Assembly (NCBI GenBank): GCA_963748625.1
Contig: CAVVJT010000010.1
Coordinates: 160,001-224,000, forward strand
Reading direction: 5' to 3'
From: an uncultured Chloroflexia bacterium
Lineage (GTDB): Bacteria > Chloroflexota > Limnocylindria > Limnocylindrales > CSP1-4
DNA: 64,000 bases
Shown: positions 44,344 to 54,165 of the stretch, piece by piece
How positions within the stretch are numbered: the stretch's first letter is position 1
How the letters are laid out: every line of letters starts with the position of its first letter
Position numbers and translations under genes: made by a program
Notes under the pieces: model-generated
The model's input: the letters and a program-made list of their open reading frames with translations, nothing else
What the model was told of the DNA's origin: nothing
Databases searched by the model: none

Positions 44344-44667
44344 TTAGATGAAGTGGCGCCGGATGAGCGCGACGTTGTTGAAGATGCGGAAGCCGAAGTT
44401 GATGAGGGCCACCAGGTAGAGGTCGAGGCTCAGCCGGTCGCCGATGAAGACGAGGAGCACGGCCACGACCGCGTTGACGACGAAGCCGCTGATGAAGATC
44501 CGATTGTCGTAGACACCGTCGAGCTCCGCACGGACCGCTCCCAGGACCGAGTCGAGCGCCGCGAGGATCGCCACGGCCGAATATCGCGAGAGCTCGTAGC
44601 TGACGTTGACATTGAGGACGAGCCCGGCCAGCACACCGATGAGCAGTCCCACGAGGGGAAGGAGCAC
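44344..44667 (-). CDS. Small basic protein Sbp (DUF1290)
   Basis: YSAVAILAALDSVLGAVRA, FISGF..N, GFRIFNNVALIRR. Confidence 0.85.
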   Translation of the reverse strand: MLLPLVGLLIGVLAGLVLNVNVSYELSRYSAVAILAALDSVLGAVRAELDGVYDNRIFISGFVVNAVVAVLLVFIGDRLSLDLYLVALINFGFRIFNNVALIRRHFI

Positions 44668-44755
44668 GTGTGAGCAGCCTCCGGCCGGATGAACGTCCCG
44701 GATACGCTACCAGACCCTCGCCCAGCAGGATCGGGCGACGGCGTCTGACGGGCGG

Positions 44756-45685
44756 TCACCCGCCATCCTTCTTGGGCTTCTTGGTGGGCTCGGGCGTGGG
44801 GTTGGGTGTGGCCTTGGGCACGATCGTGCCACTCCGGTCGTCGGCGAGGATCACCCGCTGCACCTGGTCCTCGCGCCCGGCGAGCAGGCTGCGCAGGAGG
44901 CGCACCTGGCCCGGGATCAGCTCGGTGGTCCGCAGGGTGGGCGTGTAGAAGCCGAAGACCGCCGCCCAGCTGACGGGCCGGGTGCGCATGGTGAACCCGT
45001 TCGCGTCGTCCACGCGCAGCACGAGCTCCCGTGCGGCCGTACCCACATCCGACGGGGTCAGCGAGCCAAGGCGCAGCGCAGCATCAAGCGTCACCGGGTC
45101 CAGGACATCGCCCACCACCATCGGCATGGAGGTCATGCGGGCGTCGTCCACCACGGGCAGCGCGGCCGCCGCCTCGGGGGCATCCTCCCCGATCTCCGCG
45201 AACAGCTTCCCCTCCCGATCCACGAGGAAGCGCCGCGACCCGACCTTCCAGACGACCAGCGGGACCCGCTCCTCCACGGCGACCCGGATCTCACCCGGCA
45301 GGGCCACGCTGACGTGGGACGCCTTGACCGCGGGGATGACGTCGATGCGTCGTTCGAGGTCGCCCGTGACAACCGTGAAGGCGTTCTGGCCGGACGGCAC
45401 CGCCATGACCTCCTCGATGAGCGCGGGTGACGTCCAGGTGACCCCTTCGACGGTCGTGCCGGTGACCGTGAAGGCATCCGAGGAGGCGAGCCCGTACATC
45501 GCCGCGGCGCCCGCGATGAGGGCGAGCAGCGCGCCCGCGCGGACGGGCGACAGGCCCGCCGATGCCCGGCGGACGGGCTTGGTGCGTCGGCCGAACCCGC
45601 CCGGGCGCGCGCCAGGGCGCATCACGGAGGGTCGGGTGGGCCGCGCGGCGGGCACCTGGCCGCGGCGGAACGGAAGGCCGGGCAT
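44756..45685 (-). CDS. ftsQ: Cell division protein FtsQ/DivIB (POTRA)
   Basis: Basic N-terminus, single TM, POTRA-like IPAVKASHVSVALPGEIRVAVEERVP; dcw position. Confidence 0.8.
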   Translation of the reverse strand: MPGLPFRRGQVPAARPTRPSVMRPGARPGGFGRRTKPVRRASAGLSPVRAGALLALIAGAAAMYGLASSDAFTVTGTTVEGVTWTSPALIEEVMAVPSGQNAFTVVTGDLERRIDVIPAVKASHVSVALPGEIRVAVEERVPLVVWKVGSRRFLVDREGKLFAEIGEDAPEAAAALPVVDDARMTSMPMVVGDVLDPVTLDAALRLGSLTPSDVGTAARELVLRVDDANGFTMRTRPVSWAAVFGFYTPTLRTTELIPGQVRLLRSLLAGREDQVQRVILADDRSGTIVPKATPNPTPEPTKKPKKDGG

Positions 45686-46827
45686 CAGCGGGGCAGATCC
45701 GTGGGCGTGAGCCGATGGCGGATCCGCCGGTGCTCACGGTCGAGGGCGAGGTCCACGATGCGCCGGCAGACCGCGCTGAAGTCGTAGCCGCCCTCCGCGC
45801 ACATGCCGGGAAACAGGCTGATCGGCGTGAAGCCCGGGATCGTGTTGATCTCGGACACCACGAGCGTGCCGCCGGCGAGCAGGAAGTCGATCCGGGAGAA
45901 CCCCTCTGCGCCGACCGCCCGATAGGTGTCGCGCGCGAGCTTGAGGGTCAGGGCACGGACGTCGGCTGGCACCTCCGCCGTCAGCGAGGTCTGCGACAGC
46001 CCTGGCGTGTACTTCGCGGCATAGTCGTAGAACTCGTGGCCGGACATGATCTCGCCCGGGCCGTACACCTCCAGCGTGGCGGGGTCGTTCCCCACGACCG
46101 AGACCTCGAGGTCCCGGGCGCCTGCGAGATAGTGCTCGACCAGCACCAGGTCGTCGTAGCGGAACGCCTCGTCAAGGGCGGCCGCCCGATCCTGCGCCCG
46201 GTGGGCAAGCGTCATGCCGATGGAGCTCCCGAGGCGCGCGGGCTTGACCATGAGCCGCGGATCGCCGCTCCCGCCAGCGAACGCCTCGAGCCCGGCGAGG
46301 ACGGCGTCCGGGTCGGTCGCCCAGCTCGTCGCCCGAATCTCCAGCCAGTCCACCACGGGCAGGCCCATGCCGCGCACGAGCCGCTTGAAGATCGCCTTGT
46401 CCATGCCGATGGCGGACGCCGTGACCCCGGAGCCCGTGTACGGGAGGCCGGCCGCCTCGCACAGCGCCTGGGCCGTCCCGTCCTCGCCGAACGGCCCGTG
46501 GAGGGCGAGGAAGACCACGGGCCGCACGGGGCGGTCGGCGAGACGTTCGATGGCCACGCCGGGATCGAGCGGGCCGTCGGCGCCCAGCCGTGCCGGATCG
46601 TCGTAGGTCGCTTGGGGACGTCCCTCGCGGCGGAAGCCCGCAGGCAGCAGCCACCACTCCCCGTCCAGGTCGATGAGCCACGTCTCCACGGGATAGCCGG
46701 CATCGAGCAGCGCGTCCGCGATCGCCGACCCGGACACCACGGACACATCGTGCTCCGCGGACGGCCCGCCCAGCACCACCGCCACCGGCGTGGTCGCAGG
46801 CTGGTGGGCCAGCGGCGGGACGGACAT
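45685..46827 (-). CDS. ddl: D-alanine--D-alanine ligase
   Basis: GGPSAEHDVS, LHGPFGEDG, KPARLGSSIG, FYDYAAKY, EINTIPGFT. Confidence 0.95.
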   Translation of the reverse strand: MSVPPLAHQPATTPVAVVLGGPSAEHDVSVVSGSAIADALLDAGYPVETWLIDLDGEWWLLPAGFRREGRPQATYDDPARLGADGPLDPGVAIERLADRPVRPVVFLALHGPFGEDGTAQALCEAAGLPYTGSGVTASAIGMDKAIFKRLVRGMGLPVVDWLEIRATSWATDPDAVLAGLEAFAGGSGDPRLMVKPARLGSSIGMTLAHRAQDRAAALDEAFRYDDLVLVEHYLAGARDLEVSVVGNDPATLEVYGPGEIMSGHEFYDYAAKYTPGLSQTSLTAEVPADVRALTLKLARDTYRAVGAEGFSRIDFLLAGGTLVVSEINTIPGFTPISLFPGMCAEGGYDFSAVCRRIVDLALDREHRRIRHRLTPTDLPR

Positions 46828-47795
46828 CAGGCGGCCTCCTCGGGCGTCCAGGCCGACCAGTCGCCGGCGAATTCGATCTCGAACACCAGCTCGATCCCAT
46901 TGGCCGATCGCACGCGCGCGCGGACCAGCTCGGCGAGCCGGCGGACGTCGGCGGCGGTGCCGCCCTGGTCGTTGACGATGAAGTTGGCGTGCTTCTCCGA
47001 CACGACCGCGCCGCCGACACGGTACCCCTTCAGGCCGAGGGCATCGATCAGGCGGCCCGCCGAGTCACCGGGCGGGTTGCGGAACACGGAGCCGGCGGAC
47101 GGGATCCCCAGCGGCTGGTGCTCGCGGCGCCAGCGCCGGATGTCGTCGAGACGCGCCTTGATTGCGACCGGGTCCCCGGGCTGGAGCCCGAACACCGCGG
47201 CCAGCACGATCTCGTCAGGCCCCTGGGGGTCGCGGGCGGCGTCCTTGAACCGGCTGTGCCGGTAGGTGAAACCCAGCGCCGAGGCGGGCAGCACCTCCTC
47301 GTGCCCGTCCGCGAACAGCACCGTCGCGCTCTCGAGCACGCCCGCCGTCTCCCCGCCATGGGCACCGGCGTTGGCCCACACGGCCCCGCCGACCGTGCCC
47401 GGGATCGCAAGGCCGTATTCCAAGCCGGTGAGCCCGGCCTGCTGGGTCTCCGTCGCTGCGCGGGCCATCGGCACGCCGGCGTCGGCGAGGTAGCGCGAGC
47501 CTTCCACGCGCGACCCCTCCGCACGCGCCTGGATCACCAGCCCGCGGATGCCGGCATCGCTGATCACGAGGTTGCTGCCACGGCCGAGGAGGGTGAACGG
47601 GATGCCTCGGGCGCGCACGAACCTGACGAGGCCGCGCAGCTCGAACCCGTTGTGGGCGACGGCGAACAGGTCGGCAGGGCCACCGACGCGCATCGTGGTG
47701 AACCTCGCGAGCGGCTCATCACGCACGGTCTTGACGCCGAGCCGGCGGGCGATGTCGACACCGGTGGCGAGGACGTCGAACGGGGCCTCCGACAT
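46827..47795 (-). CDS. murB: UDP-N-acetylenolpyruvoylglucosamine reductase
   Basis: RVGGPAD, GRGSN, IPGTVGGA..NAGA, SAGSVFRNP, SEKHANFIVN. Confidence 0.95.
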   Translation of the reverse strand: MSEAPFDVLATGVDIARRLGVKTVRDEPLARFTTMRVGGPADLFAVAHNGFELRGLVRFVRARGIPFTLLGRGSNLVISDAGIRGLVIQARAEGSRVEGSRYLADAGVPMARAATETQQAGLTGLEYGLAIPGTVGGAVWANAGAHGGETAGVLESATVLFADGHEEVLPASALGFTYRHSRFKDAARDPQGPDEIVLAAVFGLQPGDPVAIKARLDDIRRWRREHQPLGIPSAGSVFRNPPGDSAGRLIDALGLKGYRVGGAVVSEKHANFIVNDQGGTAADVRRLAELVRARVRSANGIELVFEIEFAGDWSAWTPEEAA

Positions 47796-48946
47796 CACGG
47801 ACGACCGCCGCGCGCGATGCCGTCCACCTGGGCCTGGCTGGGGAGCGCCCCGCGGCGCGCGACGGCGAGCACCAGCTCGGCGACGGCGCCCGCGGCGTCC
47901 GGCCGGGCAAGCTCGCGGGCCGCTGCCGACATCCCGGCGTGGCGCACCGGGTCCGCCAGCAGCCCGGCCACCTCGAGGAGCCGGGCCGGATCGAGGTCCT
48001 CGTCCTCGACCAGGATGGCGGCGCCCGCGTCGGCGAAGGCCGCCGCGTTGAGCCGCTGGTGACCTGCCGCATGGGGGTACGGGATGATCGCGGTCGGGAG
48101 GGCGAATGCGGCAGCCTCGGCCAGTGTGGACGCTCCGGCGCGGCCCAGTGCCAGGTCCGCGGCACAGAGGGCGGCTGTCATCTCGTCGCCGTGCAGGAAC
48201 GGGTGCGGCCGATACCGGTCGCGGCGGTCCTCCGGCAGGGCGTCGCGGGCAGCCAGGGCGGGGCCGTAGCCGTCGTCGCCGGTCACGTGGATGACGCGCA
48301 CCCGGTCCACGAGCTGCGGCAGCGCGCCAACCACCGCGTCGTTGATGCGGCGCACGGCCTGCGAGCCACCAAAGACGAGGAGGATCCGCTCCCCCGGCCG
48401 GGCGCCGAACCGGGCTCGGGCATCGTCGGGGTCCACGTCGCCCACCTCCCGTATGGGCGTCCCGGTGGTGTAGGTGTGCGGTCGCCCGAGGGCCCGGCCC
48501 GTCTCCTCGTGCGAGACCGCCACCACCGTGGCCCACCTGGCCACCGCGCGGACGCTGCGGCCGGGCACCACGTTGCCGTCCCAGAGCACGCTCGGGATGC
48601 GCAGCGCGGCCGCCGCGAGCAGGGTCGGGATGGCGACGTAGCCGCCGGTGGTGAAGATCGCCTCAGGGCGGCGGACGACCAGCAGGACGAACGCCTGCGG
48701 CACGGACAGGGCGAGACGCAGGGGATCGAGGACCAGGTGGATGTCGCGTCCGGCGGAGCGCAGGGAGCGCAGCAGGAGTCGGGTCAGCGGGATCCCGGCC
48801 GCGGGGACGATGCCCCGCTCGAGACCCCGGTGGCCACCGAGCCAGCCGAGCTCAGGCGCGCCGGCCCGGGCGCGGAGCGATCGTGCTACGGCGAGAGCCG
48901 GGTAGATGTGACCGCCCGTTCCCCCGCCCGCGATCAGCAGGCGCAT
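47795..48946 (-). CDS. murG: Undecaprenyl-PP-MurNAc-pentapeptide GlcNAc transferase
   Basis: GGGTGGHIYP, GGYV, GGSQ, RAGAST, HQRLNA. Confidence 0.94.
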   Translation of the reverse strand: MRLLIAGGGTGGHIYPALAVARSLRARAGAPELGWLGGHRGLERGIVPAAGIPLTRLLLRSLRSAGRDIHLVLDPLRLALSVPQAFVLLVVRRPEAIFTTGGYVAIPTLLAAAALRIPSVLWDGNVVPGRSVRAVARWATVVAVSHEETGRALGRPHTYTTGTPIREVGDVDPDDARARFGARPGERILLVFGGSQAVRRINDAVVGALPQLVDRVRVIHVTGDDGYGPALAARDALPEDRRDRYRPHPFLHGDEMTAALCAADLALGRAGASTLAEAAAFALPTAIIPYPHAAGHQRLNAAAFADAGAAILVEDEDLDPARLLEVAGLLADPVRHAGMSAAARELARPDAAGAVAELVLAVARRGALPSQAQVDGIARGGRP

Positions 48947-50126
48947 CGTTCCAGGTTCCTTTCTCGACCGTCTCGCGTGAGACCGACAGGAGGATGCCAA
49001 CGGCGGCGAAGGAGATGATGAGCGACGAGCCGCCTGCCGAGACGAACGGCAGCGGGATGCCCGTCACGGGGATCAGACCCACGACGACCCCGATGTTGAT
49101 GAACGCCTGGAGGCAGATCCAGGCGGTGATCCCGGCCGCAAGCAGCGCCCCGAACGTGTCCGGGGCGCCGAGCGCCGTGCGGATGCCGAGATAGCCGAAG
49201 GCGAGGAACAGCAGGATCACGAGACCTGCCCCGATGAGGCCGAACTCCTCGCCCACGATCGCGAAGATGAAGTCGTTGAACGCATTGGGCAGGAACAGGC
49301 CGCCGGCGAGCCGGCTCTCGCCGAGGCCCGCCCCGAAGACCCCGCCGAGCGCGAGCGCGAGGTACCCCTGGACGCTGTGGAAGCCGTCAGGCCGGTCTGG
49401 TCGGCCCACGGGTTCGAGCCAGGCGGTGATGCGGTCCATCTGGTAGCCGCGCATGAACATGACGAACACGGCCGGCACCGCCGCCACCGCCATGCGCGCG
49501 AGGTGCAGCAGGTTCGCGCCGGCGAGGAAGAACATCGTGAACGCGGTGAACGCGAGGACCGACGAGGTGCCGAGGTCCGGCTCCAGGAGCACGAGCATCA
49601 CCACCGGACCGACGATCACCAGGAACGGGACCGTGCCCGACCAGAAGCCCTTGATCGCGGTGCCCCGCTTGGCGAACCAGTGGGCGAGGTACACGACCAG
49701 GGCGAGCTTCATGAACTCCGCTGGGTGGACCGCCGGCAGCGGCCCGATCTTGAGCCAGCGGGCCGATCCGCCCACCTCGATGTTGATGGCGTCGATGAAC
49801 ACCAGGAGCAGGGCGATGATGCCGGCCACGAACAGGGGCACCGAAGCGACGCGCAGCCAGCGGTAGTCGATCCGCATCATGATGAGCATGGCCACCATGC
49901 CGAGGGCGGCCCACTGGATCTGCGGCCCCACGATGGCGAACGGGTCGTCCTTCTGCAGGTAGGCCTTGATCGCGGACGACGAGTAGACCATCAGGATGCC
50001 GATGGCGGCGAGCGCGACGGTGGCCACCAGGATCCCGTACTCGGGCTCGTGGCGCTCGCGGTCCAGCGTGTTGCGGGTACGGTCCTTGACGGGCGCACGG
50101 ACGGCGGCGAGCGGCGTCGTGGTCAT
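48852..50126 (-). CDS. ftsW: SEDS peptidoglycan polymerase FtsW
   Basis: MVYSSS, RWLKIG..HPAEFMK, EPDLG, DFIFAIVGEEFG, TGIPLPFVSAGGSS. Confidence 0.93.
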   Translation of the reverse strand: MTTTPLAAVRAPVKDRTRNTLDRERHEPEYGILVATVALAAIGILMVYSSSAIKAYLQKDDPFAIVGPQIQWAALGMVAMLIMMRIDYRWLRVASVPLFVAGIIALLLVFIDAINIEVGGSARWLKIGPLPAVHPAEFMKLALVVYLAHWFAKRGTAIKGFWSGTVPFLVIVGPVVMLVLLEPDLGTSSVLAFTAFTMFFLAGANLLHLARMAVAAVPAVFVMFMRGYQMDRITAWLEPVGRPDRPDGFHSVQGYLALALGGVFGAGLGESRLAGGLFLPNAFNDFIFAIVGEEFGLIGAGLVILLFLAFGYLGIRTALGAPDTFGALLAAGITAWICLQAFINIGVVVGLIPVTGIPLPFVSAGGSSLIISFAAVGILLSVSRETVEKGTWNDAPADRGRGNGRSHLPGSRRSTIAPRPGRRA

Positions 50127-51694
50127 GCGGACCTCCCGTTCCCGGCAGGGCCGGCGGCTCGGCGGGCGGCGAGCGCGCCCACGGCGGCGATGAACGCGCG
50201 GCCACGGGCCGCATAGTCATCGAACATGTCGAACGACGCGGCGGCCGGGCTCATCAGCACCGTGGCCACGGTACCCGGCAGCGCGTCACCGAGGGCGAGG
50301 TGGGCAAGGCCGTCGGCGGTCTCCACGGCCTCCTCGAGGGATGCTGCCCGGGTGGTGCGCGCGAGACCGGCCGCACGGAGGAGACCCTCGAGCATCGGCC
50401 CGCTCTCGCCGATGAGCACGGCGGCGAAGGCCGCCTCTGCGGCGACGCCCGCGAGCCCGGTGAGGTCCACGCCCTTGTCCCGCCCGCCGGCGATCAGCAC
50501 GACCGGGGCCTCGAATGCCCGAAGGGCGGCGATCACCGCGTCCGGCTGGGTGCCCTGGGAGTCGTTCACGAAGCGCACGCCATCCACGAGGCCCACGGAC
50601 TGCAGGCGGTGCTCGACACCCGTGAAGGCGGCGGAGGCCCGGCGGATGGCATCGGGGGCGACGCCGAACAGCAGGCCCACGGCGATCGCGGCGAGGGCGT
50701 TCGACACGTTGTGGCGGCCGGGGATCCCCAACTCCGCGGCCGGCATGATCGTGCCCCCTGGACCCGCTTGCGCCACGCCGCCACCCGCGATCGGCAGGCG
50801 CTCCACCGCGGCCGCCACGATCCAGCCATCCACGACGCCGAGGCCGCCGGGGACCGGCGCGTCGTCGCGATAGAGGACGACCGGTGCCGTGCCCAGGCCC
50901 GCGTACCCGCCCACCACCGGGTCGCCGAGGTTGAGCACCAGCGCCCCGTCCGGGTCCACCAGCTCGGCGAGACGCCGCTTGGCACGCCGGTAGGCCTCCA
51001 CGCTGCCATGGCGGTCGAGATGGTCGGAAGTGACGTTGGTGTAGACCGCGACCGTGGTGCCCTGGGACAGGGCCGGCAGCTGCAACTCGGAGAGCTCCAC
51101 CACCACGCGGTGCTCAGGCGTCAGCTCGGGCAGGCGCTCCACCAGCGGCGTCCCGATGTTGCCGCCCAGGATCGCGGGATGGCTGGGGTCGGCCGCGAGG
51201 ATCGCGTGGATGAGCGAGGAGGTCGTCGTCTTCCCCTTGGTCCCGGTCACCCCGATCGTCGGCGCCGGGCACAGGCGCAGGAAGAGGTCGGTCTCGGAGA
51301 CGAGCGCGGGCGCATCGGGGTCGCCGGCGGCGCGGGCCGCAACCAGCGCCTTCAGCTGGGCTCGAAGGCGGGGCTCCGTTGTGGGGTAGTCGGGCGTGAT
51401 CGACGGCGACGTGGTCACCAGCGCGGCGCCGGCCCAGGTTGTCTGCGGGTCAACCTCGGGGCCGCAGCGCAGGGTGACCGCACGCCCGCCCAGCTGCTCC
51501 ACCGCCCGCGCCAGCTCCGCCTCCGGGCGGCCGTCGTACACGGTCACGCGGGCGCCGGCGTCGTGCAGGAACCGCGCAAGCGCGATCCCGCTGCGCGCAA
51601 GGCCCAGCACCGTGACCGGCTGCCCGCTGAACGCGCCCGTCAGCACGTCCGCCAGGGTGAGGGCGTGGATGTCGATCGTCGTCATGGCCGGCAT
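50123..51694 (-). CDS. murD: UDP-MurNAc-L-Ala--D-Glu ligase
   Basis: GLARSG, GVTGTKGKTTT, GGNIG, DHLDRH, EHRL, NDSQGT, SPAAASFDMF. Confidence 0.93.
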   Translation of the reverse strand: MPAMTTIDIHALTLADVLTGAFSGQPVTVLGLARSGIALARFLHDAGARVTVYDGRPEAELARAVEQLGGRAVTLRCGPEVDPQTTWAGAALVTTSPSITPDYPTTEPRLRAQLKALVAARAAGDPDAPALVSETDLFLRLCPAPTIGVTGTKGKTTTSSLIHAILAADPSHPAILGGNIGTPLVERLPELTPEHRVVVELSELQLPALSQGTTVAVYTNVTSDHLDRHGSVEAYRRAKRRLAELVDPDGALVLNLGDPVVGGYAGLGTAPVVLYRDDAPVPGGLGVVDGWIVAAAVERLPIAGGGVAQAGPGGTIMPAAELGIPGRHNVSNALAAIAVGLLFGVAPDAIRRASAAFTGVEHRLQSVGLVDGVRFVNDSQGTQPDAVIAALRAFEAPVVLIAGGRDKGVDLTGLAGVAAEAAFAAVLIGESGPMLEGLLRAAGLARTTRAASLEEAVETADGLAHLALGDALPGTVATVLMSPAAASFDMFDDYAARGRAFIAAVGALAARRAAGPAGNGRSA

Positions 51695-52674
51695 CAGTGC
51701 AGCGCGTCGATGGAGGCCATGAACAGCGTCACGCCCAGGAGCCCCGCGAGGATCCCCACGATCCAGAACCGCAGGGTGATCTTCTCCTCGTCCCAGCCGG
51801 AGAGCTCGAAGTGGTGGTGCAGCGGGGCCATCTTGAACACCCGCTTGCCCCCCGAGAGCTTGTAGTAGCCGATCTGGATGATGTCGCTCATGGTCTCGAC
51901 CACGAAGATCAGGCCGATGAGCGGCAGGACCAGGATCTGGCCGGTGATGAGCGCGATGACGGCCAGCGCGGCACCGAGCGCCAGGGATCCCGAGTCGCCC
52001 ATGAACACCTGGGCCGGGTGGACGTTGAACCACAGGAACCCGAGCAGGGCGCCGATGATCAGCGCACACAGGAAGGCGATGTTCGTCTGCGGAATCGGTG
52101 CGTTGAGCAGCGCGATGATCATGAAGCAGACGAACGCGAAGGCCAGGGTGCCGCCGGCGAGACCGTCGAGGCCGTCGGTGAGGTTGACACCGTTCGAGGC
52201 GGCCACGATCGCGAAGGCGCCGAACGCGACGTAGACCCAGGGGTCGATGGGGACGTCGCCGATGAACGGGACGCGGATGCCGGTGATGTTGTAGGTGCTC
52301 TGGATCTGCCAGGCCACGAAGACCGCGACGACCGTCTGCCACAGCAGCTTCTGGCGGGCGCGGATCCCGTCGCCGGTCCGCGCGTTCAGGGCGTCATCCA
52401 CGGCGCCCAGCAGGCCCACCAGGGCCAGGGTGGCGAGCGGCGCGATGATGCCGTACTGGACGGGCCAGCGCAGCACGAGGTAGATCAACAGGACGACCAC
52501 GATCAGGAGGAGGCCGCCCATCGTCGGCGTTCCGCCCTTGACCATGTGGCTCTGCGGCCCTTCCGCGCGGATCTGCTTGGCGAACCCGAAGTGGCGCAGC
52601 AGCCGGATGTACGGCGGCATCAGGATCACCACGAGGGCGAAGGACAGCAGCAGGCCCTGGATCAGCTCGATCAT
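51694..52674 (-). CDS. mraY: Phospho-MurNAc-pentapeptide translocase
   Basis: GTPTMGG, NLTDGLDGL, FMGDSGS, MAPLHHHFEL. Confidence 0.96.
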   Translation of the reverse strand: MIELIQGLLLSFALVVILMPPYIRLLRHFGFAKQIRAEGPQSHMVKGGTPTMGGLLLIVVVLLIYLVLRWPVQYGIIAPLATLALVGLLGAVDDALNARTGDGIRARQKLLWQTVVAVFVAWQIQSTYNITGIRVPFIGDVPIDPWVYVAFGAFAIVAASNGVNLTDGLDGLAGGTLAFAFVCFMIIALLNAPIPQTNIAFLCALIIGALLGFLWFNVHPAQVFMGDSGSLALGAALAVIALITGQILVLPLIGLIFVVETMSDIIQIGYYKLSGGKRVFKMAPLHHHFELSGWDEEKITLRFWIVGILAGLLGVTLFMASIDALH

Positions 52675-54125
52675 GCCGCAGGCTCCCGGCCGCCGAGCGC
52701 GTCCACCAGGCCCTCCACGACCCGCTCCAGCTCCACGCCACGGGACGCCTTGACGAGGACGACATCCCCCGGCTGGAGGCGGCCTACGAGGGCCGTCACG
52801 GCGGCGGGGGCGTCGGTGACCGCGATGACCGCATCGTCCACGAGGCCGCTGGTGCGGGCGGCCGCGGCAAGTGGTTCGGCCGCCCCGCCAGGCCCGCCGT
52901 CAACCACGACCAGCAGGTCGAGCACGCGTCCGGCCACGGCGCCCACGGCCCGGTGGCCGGCATCGTGCTCGCCGGCGAGCTCGCGCATCTCGCCGAGGAC
53001 CGCGACATGGCGGCCGGGGAGACCGGCCAGCAGCTCCAGCGCCGCCGCCATGGAGCCCGGGGAGGCGTTGTAGGCATCGTCCACGATGACGACGCCGCCG
53101 GCACGCAGGACCACCGAGCGATGCGGGGCGTTCGACGGGGCCACGAGACCTGGGGCGATCTCAGCGAGCGTCATGCCGGCAGCCAGGCCTGCCGCCGCCG
53201 CGGCGAGCGCGTTGTGGACGGCAAGCCGGCCCAGGGCCGGGATCGAGGTCGCGATGGAGCCCATCGGGGTGACGAGGCGGAAGCGCATGCCGTCGAAGCC
53301 CGCCGACTCCATGTCCGCGGCCGTGACGTCTGCGCCGGGCGCGAACCCGTACGTGAGCACCCGCGCCTTGGTGCGGGACGCCATCCGGAGCACGCGGGGG
53401 TCATCGGCGTTGAGGATCGCCACGCCGCCGTCCGCGGCTGCCGGCAGGGCCTCCACGAGCTCGGCCTTCGCGTCCTCGATCGCGTCCAGCGAGCCGATAC
53501 GCGAGAGGTGGACCGGCTGGACCGTCGTGACGATGCCGATGCGCGGCCGGCCGATGACCGCGAGGTCCCGGATCTCGCCGCCTGTGTACATCCCCATCTC
53601 AAGGACCGCCGCCTGGTGCTCCGGACCGAGGCGCAGGACCGTGAGCGGCATGCCCACCTCGTTGTTCTGGTTGCCCTCGGTGCGCAGCGTCCGGAAGCGG
53701 CGCTCCAAGACCCCGGCGACGGCCTCCTTGGTGGAGGTCTTCGCGATGGAGCCGGTCACGCCCACCACGAGCGGGTCGAAGCGGCTGCGCCAGGCGGCGG
53801 CGACCGCGTGCAGGCCGCGGAGCGTGTCGGGAACCCGCACGACGGTGACGTCGCCCAGCTCGTCGAAGGCCGGCTCACCGGCGGCCGGATCGGGATCGCG
53901 GGCCACCAGCAGGGCGGCGGCCCCGGCAGCGGCGGCGGCGGCCAGGAACCCGTGGCCGTCGGTCCGCTCCCCCGCCAGCGCCACGAACAGGCACCCTGGC
54001 GTCACGAGGCGGGAGTCCACGGCGCCCCCGCGGACCGGTCGGTCGGACCGCCGGACCAGCGTCCCGCCGGTGGTGGCGGCGAGGTCCTCTGCGGACAGGG
54101 CGGGCGAGCCTTCGTGGTCCGTCAC
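52671..54125 (-). CDS. murF: UDP-MurNAc-tripeptide--D-Ala-D-Ala ligase
   Basis: DSR, GERTDGH, GVTGSIAKTSTKE, NNEVG, DDAYNASP, LGEMRELA, VKASRG; start 54125 or 54155. Confidence 0.93.
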   Translation of the reverse strand: MTDHEGSPALSAEDLAATTGGTLVRRSDRPVRGGAVDSRLVTPGCLFVALAGERTDGHGFLAAAAAAGAAALLVARDPDPAAGEPAFDELGDVTVVRVPDTLRGLHAVAAAWRSRFDPLVVGVTGSIAKTSTKEAVAGVLERRFRTLRTEGNQNNEVGMPLTVLRLGPEHQAAVLEMGMYTGGEIRDLAVIGRPRIGIVTTVQPVHLSRIGSLDAIEDAKAELVEALPAAADGGVAILNADDPRVLRMASRTKARVLTYGFAPGADVTAADMESAGFDGMRFRLVTPMGSIATSIPALGRLAVHNALAAAAAGLAAGMTLAEIAPGLVAPSNAPHRSVVLRAGGVVIVDDAYNASPGSMAAALELLAGLPGRHVAVLGEMRELAGEHDAGHRAVGAVAGRVLDLLVVVDGGPGGAAEPLAAAARTSGLVDDAVIAVTDAPAAVTALVGRLQPGDVVLVKASRGVELERVVEGLVDALGGREPAA

Positions 54126-54165
54126 GGGGTCGAGTGTCGCACAGGCGGTGGTCACCGGGCGGCCG

